Below, in pieces: positions 1-12,300 of a DNA stretch of 64,000 nt (position 1 is the first letter of the stretch; each line of letters starts with the position of its first letter). The stretch is from Ostrea edulis (Eukaryota): positions 20,956,001 to 21,020,000 of the forward strand of contig NC_079166.1 of the NCBI RefSeq assembly GCF_947568905.1, written 5' to 3'. A model generated the notes under the pieces. It did no database searches. It had not been told where the DNA came from and saw only the letters and a list, made by a program, of their open reading frames with translations. A program made the translations under genes and the position numbers.

Positions 1-324
1 GTTTTTTTTAATATAGTTTTGTTAAAGTTGATGGTCAAACACACTTGATGTATGATACATGTATAATGATTAGATTGATATTCTATTTGAAAAGACAAAT
101 ATTTATTTTCATGGTAAAATGTCGTGAATTTTGAGCGTTGAAAAAAGGTCGTTGCGCGCAAAATCCCCCATGGGGATTTTCAAAAGTTGGCATGTATGTA
201 TGTGATGACACAGAGTCAGGCAGTCAAGTTTGGCAAATGATTTAACAGGTGACGGATGAGGACAGGAGTGATAATCGGAATGTGTCGTATTAACTATTGA
301 ATAACAAAATGGCACCGTGATCAA

Positions 325-380
325 TTGATTGATCGTAGATTGTTTAATGACGTCCCACTTAAGAATCTTTCACTCATATG
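325..380 (-). mobile_element. 3' tail fragment of the SINE family seen at 56901 and 58949
   Basis: gacgtcccacttaagaatctttcactcatatg is the reverse complement of the shared 3' end catatgagtgaaaaattctcgagtgggacg, with a (CAAT)n tail. Confidence 0.6.
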
Positions 381-669
381 TCACATTACCATAATAAATA
401 ATTAGAGAATAGATGGAATGAACATTTCTTTCGGAAAGAGGATTTAATTTGTATACGATGTAGCAAACCATGGGTATATGGTGTGCAGACAAACCAGGGT
501 TCAAATTCATTTCCGGTTGGAAGGGTCTCTACATTTTCTCCTTTACTGTTACATTATCATTGTTATAATTATTTCTGAAAATTGAAGGGGTAATAATGAC
601 ATTACAATGCACCCACTTTAAATGCTTTGTACCAGTCGTGCATTAAGGTCTAGGGGTTAGGCAATATCA

Positions 670-756
670 CAGGGTTTTGACACAATCTGAGCAAACTGGT
701 ATGGTATAATGCTTTTATACTATATATAACTTTGCTCAGATTGTGTCAAAACCCTG
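670..756. mobile_element. 87-bp palindromic mini-element with perfect 26-bp inverted repeats
   Basis: cagggttttgacacaatctgagcaaa (670-695) and its exact reverse complement (731-756), 35-nt spacer. Confidence 0.7.
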
Positions 757-1665
757 CAGGCAATCTAGTTGAGAATTTAATAGTAAATGGTATTTTGTCA
801 GAAACTAGAGTACTCTGCATAAAGTTGTGACTTTTTTTTACAAACACTGTGACTACCAGCCGTCTTGAAATCGTGTATCATAATTTTATGATGTGTTTTC
901 ACAATCCCCCCCCCCCCCCTCTTTTTATTTCTGACAATCCTCAGATGGTGACAAGAACTGTGTTTCAGTGTAATTTTGCAAATGAAAATCTTTGAACCAT
1001 ATTAAATTCCTTTTTTCGAATTTAATGTGGCTATAATGAAAATGACATGTGGCTAATGAAAATTGCATTGACCAAATTAGCCACAGTGGTTAAAGATAAT
1101 TCTACACTAGCGCTATTAACAGCTTTATGTCAAGTGTATCTGTCTAAAGCTTTTAAACTGCCTCTAAAATAATAGTCCAGACAAAATTGCTTATTTGAAA
1201 AAAAAAAATTCTCACAAATCTTCAATTTGAGCTAGGAATATACAGTACCTGTGACATAATCAAGAAGAATTTATCCACCAAAATCAGACACCATTTCCAG
1301 AGTATAACTTTATATGAATCAACAAATTATCACATTACCTTTCACTTTATTAATCTGATATTGGTTGGAATTTTGCTGAAACTTTGGGCGTACTTGCACT
1401 TGAGATGGCTGCAAAAATACATATATAAGAAGCTCAGCGAGTCCAACACATTTGACATAGATAAATTTTATTGTAATAACTACATAAAATCAATAAGAGG
1501 CCCATGGGTCACATTGCTCACTTGAGTCACCTTGGCCCTGTATTGATTTTTAAAACATTTTGTTTTCAATCTTTATTCTCATGAAACATTTTGACCCCAT
1601 TACTATGGCCCTAATGGGTCACAGCATACAATGTAGCTATATATGCAACAGACCAGACCAGGATT

Positions 1666-2430
1666 CAGTCTTCGAAATTAAGCGGTAGCCCGATGACCGT
1701 CGCTAGTAAAATCGGGATCAGGCTACCAAAAATTATTAACACGCATGCCCGGTGGGCCAGTATATATTTCTAGTGGAGATTATGATTCCGCTATTGGGGT
1801 AGGATTCCTGGTAGGAAATAGGTGAAGTTCCTACAGAGGAGGAGAAAGTTGGCGGTAAGAAGTATGAGGAAGCAAAGCGACAAAGAAACTGATCAGCGTG
1901 TTTGGCAGAAGAACTGCCCCTGGCTTGAATACAATGATGGTCTCGTATTTTGCATCTGGTGCAGAAAGGAAAGCATTGCAAATTGTTAGTTCGTGTCCGG
2001 CTCGGATAATTCAGAATTGATTCTGTAAGTGAACATGAAAATAGAAAATGGCGCAAGCATTTCACCCCAATGTGAAAAACCACAAGCGACCGGATCAGAC
2101 GTTCAGAATGTATGAGAATTAGTTGACAACCCTAATTTTTTACTTATTTAGGATGAAATTGATGATGAAGAACTATAAGAATTAAAACATATTGGAGGAT
2201 TCCGGAGAATCTGACAGAAATGACAGAATTAGAAGTTGAAAGAGGGTTTGGACTCTTGTCTTAAACTTGCATTGTAATACCTAATAAAAATGTTCAAACT
2301 TGAAATTTTGAATCATGTTGAATCATTCTTATATAGTATTTGGGCTAGTAAAATTTTATTTGGGCTACCAAATTTTGCACTCTTACTTGCCCAATGGGCT
2401 TGTGGTAAAAATCAGTAAGCGCGAAGACTG
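1666..2430 (+). mobile_element. Non-autonomous hAT-like DNA transposon with a decayed TTF-type zinc-finger fragment
   Basis: Termini cagtcttcg...cgaagactg and subterminal gggctagtaaaa/gggctaccaaa repeats. Internal frame 1903-2040 reads WQKNCPWLEYNDGLVFCIWC...*...NFRIDSVSEHE, typical of hAT transposase N-termini. Flanks aggatt/agcatt. Confidence 0.65.
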
Positions 2431-2600
2431 AGCATTTCAACCCTGGCCCCCTGAATCTTTAGTCTGAGGTGCTCTACCAACTGAGCTATCTGGCCCCCGG
2501 ATTCAACCTTGTCTGACAGCCACATCACACCTTGAAGACATCAACCAAGGATCTACATCCCCTGGCTGGCAATTTCACCTGTCCATTCCAGGGAATGGTC
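2431..2600 (-). mobile_element. tRNA-derived repeat related to the 55034-55355 element
   Basis: Minus strand reads caggtgaaattgccagccaggggatgtagatcc...gggggccagatagctcagttggtagagcacc (A-box). The spacer matches 55167-55215. Confidence 0.6.
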
Positions 2601-2859
2601 CATGAACCAGCATCATATAAATTTCAACCTTTCTGGCTCAGTGGTTCTTGAAAAGATTCTGTGTTTTCTAGCCACTGTCAGTTGGGTCTTCCATGATTCC
2701 AACATTTTCCGTTGTCTTTTTGTCTTATCGTATTCACCCTGATACTCATTTCTGTATTTTTTGTTTCTAATGGGTTCACTGACCCCATTTATAAATTGCC
2801 ACATTGTTGGCAATTCAAAATCACTCAGATGCTTTACAGAGAAGTGATTTTAAAACTTT

Positions 2860-4404
2860 AATCCTGATGATTAAAGAGATGTACAATGGTAGTAGTAGCT
2901 GTGTCATCAACAATGGACAGTCATCAGAATGGTTTTCAGTCAAAACTGGAGTCAGACAGAGATGTGTTATGTCAGGCTTCCTTTTTATAATTGCTGTGGA
3001 CTGGGTTATGAAGAATACCACCAACGGAAAGAGAATAGGCATCAGATGGAAGTTTACAGCGATTTTTTTCTACCCACTGGTACTGGTACCCACTCAATTG
3101 AGAAAAATATAAGCGTCAAAATCAAACAAATTGGGAATTTTCTACAAATATATCGGCAAATGATTTCAACTAAAAGAAAAGAAAAAAAGAGAACAAAACA
3201 AGAAGTAGTCATCTCTTTACAAACTTTTTTACGCTAAAATTTGCTGTTGTATGACATAAGGAATCGTCATAGGCGTTTTAGAATCGTCGTAGTTCTACAA
3301 AACACGCGCACTGCCATGATCTGTACTTTCGATTTAATACCGGAAGTGGACATTTTAGTTAATTTGTACAACGTTTTAGACTAAATAAATTACGATGTCA
3401 GTGGTCTATATTTCGGCAAGTAAATTGGGAATATTTAGTCTCAAAATTGGGAAAAATCAATGGTTTTTGACATTGGGAATGGTACCATTTATCGGTACCA
3501 GTTATACAAGAAAAAAAATCGCTGGTTTATCAACCAGATAGAAGACCTTGATTACGCTGATGATATTGTCCTCTTATCTACTAAGCACCAACACATGCAG
3601 GAAAAGACTGAAAGACAATGTGTAAACATGCTGAAAGTATTGGTCTCCGGATCAACACGAACAAGACCAAGGTGTTGAGAATTAACAACAAGGAAACCAA
3701 TCCTATCACAATCAAGGGAAGAAACATTGAGGATGTGGACACTTTCACATACCTTGGTGCTATTGTCAACAAGACAGGAGGGACAACAGAAGACATCAAA
3801 CACAGACTGAGTTTAGCCAGGAATGCATTTGCAATGCTTAATCCTCTTTGGAAGCCCACCAAATACAGCAGAGCAACAAAGATCAGAGTATCTAACAGTA
3901 ATGTGATGTCTGTGCTACTCTATGGAGCAGAAATGTGGAAACTGAATGAAAGTGATGTCACCAGATTGGAAACTTTTCAGAGAAAATGTCTACGAAGGGT
4001 ACTCCGCATCTTCTGGCCCATGAAAGTCAGTAACGATGAACTATACTGTAGGACAAGGACATACCCAGTAGGTGAAATTGTTAAATGCCGATGATGGAGA
4101 TGGATAGGACATACTCTGAGGAAACCACATGACAACAAGTTACTCCAGAGTAGCCCTGACATGGGCCCCAGAGGGCAAGAGAAAGAGAGGTCGCCCAAAA
4201 ACAGAGTAGCCCTGACATGGGCCCCAGAGGGTAAGAGAAAGAGAGGTCACCCAAAAACAACATGGCGAAGAAGTGCAGAGGCAGAACGCGAACTGGGATG
4301 GCAAACTTGGAGCGAAGCAGTTACAGTAGCAAATGACAGAGTGAGATGGCGGAAGATGCTGTCCAGCCTTATGAGCCGACCATGGCTCGAAGAGGATAGG
4401 TAGG
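2860..4404 (+). mobile_element. 5'-truncated, frameshifted RTE-clade non-LTR retrotransposon (RT and C-terminus)
   Basis: Motifs GVRQRC, DLDYADD, INTNKTK, FTYLG, LLYGAEMW, WRWIGH, ALTWAPEGKRKRG..KTTWRR. Ends in a (TAGG)n-like tail. Interrupted by 3057-3524; 56-bp internal duplication at 4146-4258; stops and frameshifts. Confidence 0.9.
3057..3524. mobile_element. 468-bp non-autonomous TIR element with 5-bp TSD inserted in the RTE
   Basis: Termini cagcgatttttttct / aagaaaaaaaatcgctg; GTTTA duplicated at 3052-56 and 3525-29. Confidence 0.8.
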
Positions 4405-4952
4405 ATTCTAAAACTTAATTATGATAATGAAGCACTTTGCAGATCACAAACTTTTTCTAAAAGAAAAAAAGCGAAATGAGATCTGACAAAATTGAAAGCA
4501 AATATTTATTTCGTAAATTTTCTAATCGCCATGTGGGCAACTTGAACCGTAATTTGAAATTCGCCCACTCGGAAATAAATTAGTCGCAAATGGTGAGTGG
4601 GCAACTACTAAATTTCAAAACCTGTGACAATTGAACACCCTTGCATTCCTTCACCTTGAATTTCATCGAAATTGGTTCCAGAGAAGATAACAATGTGAAA
4701 TCAAGTTTACAATGACTATGACAAAATTTTGATCAGAACAGCTGACTGAGATCAAGTTATACAAGGAAGACTATAATGTATTACCATCGTTGCAAACCAC
4801 GGGTTATATTGTACGTTTCATTCTATTTCACAATCAAAAGTTTGTAAAATAGAATGAAACAATAACCTGTGGTTTGTGAAGATGATGTATCACATTGTGT
4901 ACATTTATTATGTTTGTCTTGTAATGTTTAATAGGCTAAATATTGTTATTAA

Positions 4953-5467
4953 AGGGACTGATTCACGATTTTCCTCCAAATTTTGTTTTTCACTTTAAAT
5001 GATCAAAATCTACAGTCTAATACGTTTAGAAGGTTTAACGCAAAAATTAAGGTTATTCATCATGACAGAAGCTCATTATAGAGAGTTTATCATTTGTTTT
5101 GAAAACAAAGATTGAGATGTGTTATTGTTTACGGGGTTTTTAAAATAAATGGATTTTGATCTAAGTTTATTTTATATATCACATCTCAAGTATACTTTAG
5201 GTAAAATGTGTCATTTAAAAGTTAAAATTTGTGATTGTACAAAATGAAGATGCTTTAAATTACAAAATTAACGTTTCACTGGTTTGTTTGTTTACATTAA
5301 AAGACTCGAGTCTTTGTTTACATAACAAAGAATCAAAGCTGAAATATTGCTCTTATCCTTGCATTCAGACGGTCCAAATTTTGGTTGTCAACATTAAATG
5401 AGCAATATTTTCATTTTTAACATCAAAACTGAAAATCATTTCTTTCAAAAAACGTGAACCAGTCCCT
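4953..5467. mobile_element. 515-bp MITE with TTAA target duplication (Kolobok-like termini)
   Basis: ttaa|agggactgattcacgatttt ... aaaaaacgtgaaccagtccct|ttaa. Confidence 0.8.
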
Positions 5468-6394
5468 TTAACCCAGGTAGGCAAAATTACTGAACTATAG
5501 TCAACACTTACAAATGAAAATACCGGCAACAAGTTTAATAAATTCATTGCAATGAACTTCAAAAGAAAATAATAAACTTTTGTAAATGATACCAAAATTA
5601 ACTATGTAAAATATTGATGATTTTAAATTTTACTGGGCCTCCTGATTAAAAATCTAAATGTATGAGAATACTGTGAAATAGGTCAAAAAATGAGCTACAT
5701 CATCAAGTAAAAATATTACATATTGAGTAGTTACCTCAAAACATTTTTTTGCACTTTGATTTTGTTCACCGAAAGAAAGTGGTTTAAAAAATGGTTGTTG
5801 CGTTTCCCTCATCTGCTGCATTTTTTACTGTTTCGGAAAATTGGTCAAGCGTTCATCAGTGTTACCATTCTGAAGAATGAAATAAAAAAAAAGAAAGTGA
5901 TGAATAATGTAAACAAATGACCTACAAGATGCTATGAAATCTACAGATTGAACTTGCCTTTCCTCTGTGCCAATCGTCTGCTAACGTGAACCTTTCGGGA
6001 TACCTCGCTTTGAGTCTTCCGAACGTCTACAGATCAAACCAAAATTCAACATGAAATAGCATTCGAAAACATACTACACATCGCTTCATTATTGTTCTGA
6101 AATCAATTGTTACAATAACGCTATATATCATTAAAAATTTCACCTTCTAATTTATGTAAAACTGAAATTCAAAGTAAAAATGTAATGAAATCAAAAATAT
6201 TGACTATTTTATTTCGTAAACATCGGTAGGAAATATCGCGGCGCCATCTGCAGAACCGGATATGAAAGATAACTCTAAGACAGAGAAGAGAAACAATCGT
6301 GAAACGAACAATAAGTTATTCAATGATAAATTGTTAGGTTAAGTTATTGAACATTTAAATATGTTTTGTCTGTATTAATATGATATCTTCCCAG

Positions 6395-9300
6395 ATGTCT
6401 GCAACGCGGTTTGCGGACTATTTCGTTGTATGTGGTTTAGATACAGCCACGGGCCTAGAACCAGATCAGCTGTCAGGTGAAGAGATGCTTTGTTTATAAC
6501 TGTATAACTTATACTATAAGACAATGAAGTATATTAATTTAAAATTGCATAATTATTTGCGTGTATTTTTTTTGTACGAATCTATCCTTTCTTTTTCTCG
6601 TATTTTTGCTTTGAATTTTCCTACTTTGTCCATTATCATTATGGACCAGATGTATGGACTTAAAATTGAAATGAGCACAGAAGAGTAAATAATTTTAACC
6701 CTCAAATCTTTTTTTTTTTTAAATCACTACCCCTTTTATAAATTATATAATCTTTATCAATACACGACATATGTGTCCCACTCATAAATGTAAAATTGCA
6801 CACATCTCCACGGGTACAATTATATCTTGATCTAGCAGTATAGCTTAAAAAATTATCTTTGCTGTTAAAATCTTTTTACTTTTAACAGCTATATAGTAGC
6901 TAAATTAAGATATTTTGTTAAACCTGTATAGTACAATAATCATGAAATTAAAATGTAGAACTTGTTTTACACCCAATATCAATTGCAGTTTCATTCTTTG
7001 GTTGTCTGAACTTGACGTGTATTTGACATTTGATATGTTTATGCATTACATGTACTACATTTTCAGGGGATAATTTGCAGTGTCCACCACTTGATCGTCC
7101 ATTTAAATCCAAAGTATTGCAACACGTCCCAGACAATGTTCCTTGGAATCCCTTCGATAAAGTTGCTGTTGGAATGGTAAAAAGAATAATTCTGTTTAGA
7201 ATAATTATATCTAGATATGATGAATGATTAGGGAGTGCTGGTGTATCGTGTGGGAGAAGGGATATCTCAGGATCATTCAGATTGACTCATCTCACACCGA
7301 AACTAATTTTCCCCTGATCTACAGATATGCTCAGATGCTTTAGATTGACAAAGAATAGCACATATATAGTTATGCATATCTAGAAAAATTTCATATACTA
7401 TTAGATGTAGATAGATATATACACACACATACATATGCATATATTTATATACTTTGTGACAGGGTTTGACACTAACGTTAGTCTGGTAGCCCGAGGATAG
7501 TAAATTTTGCCCCAGAATATCAGTTACAAGTAGTCTGGTGGACTACAGAAAAACTAAAAACCTAATGGAATGGACTAATATTTGATCTTGACCGTAACGG
7601 TGTCAAGTCTGCCCTTAGAAAAATATAGCTCATAACTCTGAAATGTCATGGACAACTTTAATATGTAAATCGGTAAAATCACAGGCTAAAATGAGTTTAA
7701 TAGTCCATTTTGCAACAGAAATGCAGAATTTTGCTTTGAGATTTTGAAACTTTTCCATAGTAGGCCCCCTGGACCCCCAACACATCCCACACTGTCCCAC
7801 CCTCTATTTGACCAACTGCCTCTGGCAGCCAGACTAGCTACTGACAAAACAGGACTAGTTAACTACAAAATATACTAGTCCCTTTCAACTACTATGGTGA
7901 AAAGTTAGTGTCATACACTCAGTGTTTGTTGTCAGGTGGAAATAACTAAAATATTAAGCGATAAATGTTTTATTATATGTGAACTGTACACTATATACAT
8001 TCACAATTTAATGTATTATTTTCAGCTCTGCATGCCACAAGGCCTTGGCTTTTGCACCCAGAAAGAATCCAAACGACCCAGGTTTCACTCCTTCTTGATA
8101 ACAAAAGAAGATGGGGCTCGCATATTTGGATCAGCCTTGACCTTTTATGAAGAGGTCAGGGACAAAAAGATATGTGCTGCAATGCAAACGCTACAACATA
8201 TGTATCGTGCTCAACCGGAGGAGGATCTGGAAGAGGAGAACCAGTCAACTCTACAGCACAGTCCAAAAGTCATTAAAAGATCCAGTCCCAGACAGAGCAT
8301 CAAAGTGTTTGATTCACAAACAGATACACTTTTTGTAACCAAGTGTCTTTGTCTCATTACCCAGTATCCATTTGTTATAGCCCCCAAGGAATATTTGATA
8401 CAGCTTTATGAAGCAATAGAAAAACCCGCCAGGTGTCACCTACCACTGGAAAGCTACATCTACAATATTTTATGTGAGGTTCCTCTACCACCCCCAGGCC
8501 GAAGCATGAAGTTTTACGGCGTGTCCAGACCAGTGTTTACACAGAGACCCAGTAAGTAAAGAGGTGTTTAAAATATTTGCATGTACATTTGTGTGTTTTA
8601 AAGTCTGCATAATGTCTTAGAATCTGAATCTAATATCAGTAATTTGAGATTTATTTTATTATTGAATAATTTTAAATAATACACTGCAAAGTTATTTCCA
8701 TGTACACAATGAACTGGAGTTGAACATGTACTAACAGATTTGAGGCAAATGTATTTGTACTTATGATTAATGGAATGAAAGTGAATTGATAATCTCTGTA
8801 AAGTCTAATCTATGATGAATACATTGTGTCTTACAAATCAAATGATATTCAGCATCCATGTTTCTATAGTATCAATCACAACAATTACGAATGGTATGAC
8901 TTTCTTATCTAGATTGTTGGTCAGGGTTAACTTTTAACATAACATTTAACACCAACAGCTGGGAAAGGCCAACTAATAATCATCTTCATGTATAATTCAG
9001 GATAAGGGGGTTCCTTAATTAACCGTTAATAAGATCATGTTGAGTTGACAGGCACGGATTATCAAACGAACCGCAAAGCATAGGGATTGATCTGATGATC
9101 CGCGCCTGTCAGCGAGATGTGATCCAACGCTTTGAATCAAGTTAATGTAGTATTAATGATAAATTTATTATATACCCCCTTATGTATTTTAAAATCTACG
9201 TTTATAAGATAATAAATATTCCAAATTATCCAAAACACAGACATACATGTACAGTGAAATTGTTTGGTGTATGCAGTTTTGTTAGTGACACGGTCGATAT

Positions 9301-12300
9301 ATTCCACAAAAACGTTGTGTTGATGCATTGTGACATAATCAGTTTCATTCTGTGAAATCAACAGTATAAAAAAATGAAACATTGATGGGTATATGATAGA
9401 CTGTCATATTGGGGGAAAACATTAATTCCATATTTCAACAGATATAACTAGGTTAATATCACAGATACAGTCTTAGAATTTTCAAATATGATAAGGGAAT
9501 GATAGCAATTACAAGCTTGTATCAAGATCAACTAACCCCAGTGGCCATGACCTCTAACCTTGATCATATAAACTTGTGTAAGCTTGACTGATAGAGACAT
9601 GAATCTTCAACAGTGATGATTGGATGATGAGGCTGACAAACTAGTATCAAGGTCAAGCTAGCCCAATGACCTTTTGGTCACATTGTTTTTGTGTCACAGT
9701 CAATGTTTTATAAAGATAACTTACCCGCAGTCAGTGCTTTGTTTGGGAGACTTTATAATCTGCAGATTACACAAATCTTTAATCATATCTTGTTATTGAT
9801 TTCTAATTTCATAATTGTATTGTGTTCCCTCATGCAATCTGGGAGAAATAGACATTTATAAAAGTAAAACACATTGATATACATGTATATAGCATTGAGC
9901 AACATTTGTCTGTGTCTTTTACTCACTGCATAATGTCTATGTTAACTAACCATAGATAATGCTTACTTTCTAACAAGTGGACTGGAGGGAGGTAAAAGGT
10001 AAAGCAGAAAATCACAGTGTTGTATATGTACCATATTATATCTCTTTGTTGGTGTTTGTTAAACCTCCCTTTCCCTATACATGTTGTCATGTTTTATGAT
10101 CCTGTTCTATGGAAGTACATGTGTTAGTACACTAGTATATGGAATGAAGTGCATGTATACAGGGCTGTAAAAATTGCTAAGCATCACTGTGCACGTTTAT
10201 CAGGTTTGTGGACACTTGAATGCTGTACATATTAGTGCTATGTGTAGCTTGTGATGGTTTTGGTTTTCAGGATACTTATTTTTCAAATTTCTTCAAAGTA
10301 TGAAGTTTTATCTTATTGTTTTACATGTACTTGTTTATGATCGATAAAATATTTCATTAAATTGTTGACAATATTCTGTGGTTATACACTTGCCTCTACA
10401 CCTAATTGTTGGCACTATAGCCATTTACAGTATTCATCCATTTAGTTTCTTCTATGTAAATCATAACTTGCCTTGTTCATCTACTGTCTACTGTCTGTCC
10501 AAATCTAGTGTTATTTTGTATTGTTTTCAGCTAAACTTTCAATCATCAACAAGTGTAGGGGTTGTGATAACCTAGTAGTTAAAAGGGCTATCGCTGGCAC
10601 ACACTGGAGGCCTATAAGGTTCAGTTTTTGATGCAGTTGTCATGTCAAACCTACCGCGGTAATATAATTAACATAAATAGTGATTGTTCCTCTGCTAAAG
10701 CATTTAGAAGTGAAAGTCACAGGTCGTCGGGGTATGACCTTAGAAACAGAGGTCTTGTGTAATGTTAGGCATTGGTATGATAAAAACAAAAACTTTGGAA
10801 CTGCTATGGCCATAAGAGCCACCTATTGGTGAAAATTGTGACATTTGGCCTAAAACTGGTGGTATTCCTACTTGAGTGGATGTAAACAAACAAACAAATC
10901 AGGGTGTGCATGTAAATTTCAGTCGTGCTTTGTTTCACTCTGTAGAGACGAGCAATAAAAGTAAATCTTTTGTAGTCCCTGAACAAAAGTAACACTAAAT
11001 CAGTGCGGGCAGTAAATGTTTCTTTTTATATCCATCTAACTATGCATTGCAAGGTTTGAAATTACTTTTTCAAGCACTAGTCTGCACGGACTAGTGACTA
11101 TTAATGTTGGCTTGTCCGCAAAACATTTCGATAGTTCGTCGATGATATTATGTACAATTATAACAAATTGATTTTTATCCATTATTTAATCAAACAAAAC
11201 AATTCATAGTAGCAAACAATTTAGTATGACACCTAATGTAGAAAAAAGACTCGCACAAATTTGCTAAAATCTTAACCAATTCAAGATTAATATATGAACG
11301 GATTTTTGCCTGTCCATGTGGACTAGTGCGATAGAGGATTTATTTGTCTGACATAATTTTTTTCACTAGTCTCAGACTTACAGACATGAGATAATTTTGA
11401 ACCCTGCATTGTATGTTCTTCTTGAGCATAATGAAACAATTCCAAAATATTGAGACTGCAGTTATGCATGTATTAATTGTATGTATTATGTGACCTACAG
11501 GTGTGAGTGAGCTCCCTTTGTTTGACTTTTCACTCTGGGACCTTTGTCGATACCTGGAGGTTAAGGACCTGATTCTTCTCTTCACCAGCGTACTTCTAGA
11601 ACATCAGATCCTGCTGTATTCATCTGGTAAGCTTTCATCTTATTCTCAGGTCATTAATTTTCACTTCTGACTTTTTGATTAAAACTCAATATTGCTAGAA
11701 CTGAATTTTAGATACATGTAAACTATGGTAAGTTAGACAAATTCTTTAAATGTTGCTTTTTTCCACCGAGTACTTGTAGATATAATTATGCCCCCTTCAA
11801 GGAAGAGGGGCATATTGGTTTGCATCTCTCGGTTGGTCGATCGGTCAGTTGGTCTGTAGACCACATGTTGTCCGTTCAATATCTTAAGAACCATTCACTT
11901 GATCTTAATGATATTTCATATGTGGGTTGGTTATGAGTAGAAGAGGACCCTTACTGTTTTTCAAGTCAAAAGGTCAAGGGTCAAAGATGACCCCTATTGA
12001 TTTTGAGGTCACATGGTCAAGGGTCAAACTGGACATAGGAACATACTCTTCACTCAATATCTTGAGAACCCTTTGCTTGACAGACATCAAACTTGGTACC
12101 ATGGTACACATTCAGAAGAAGATGACCCCTAATGATTTTGAGATCACATGGTCAAAGGTAAAGGGTCAAACTGCACATAGGAACATACTGTCTGCTCAAT
12201 ATCTAGAGAACCCTTTGCTTGACAGACATCAAACTTAGTACACTGATACATGTTCAGGAGAAGATGACCCCTCTTGATTTTGAGGTGCAAAGGTCAAGGG

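Noticed and set aside
5825-5872. Minus-strand CTGATGA...GAAAC
   Set aside because: No stem II pairing between the two core segments.
6225-6260. YY1-like gcggcgccatct motif as the DENND5 promoter
   Set aside because: Single short motif; the TSS and 5' UTR exon cannot be located from sequence alone.
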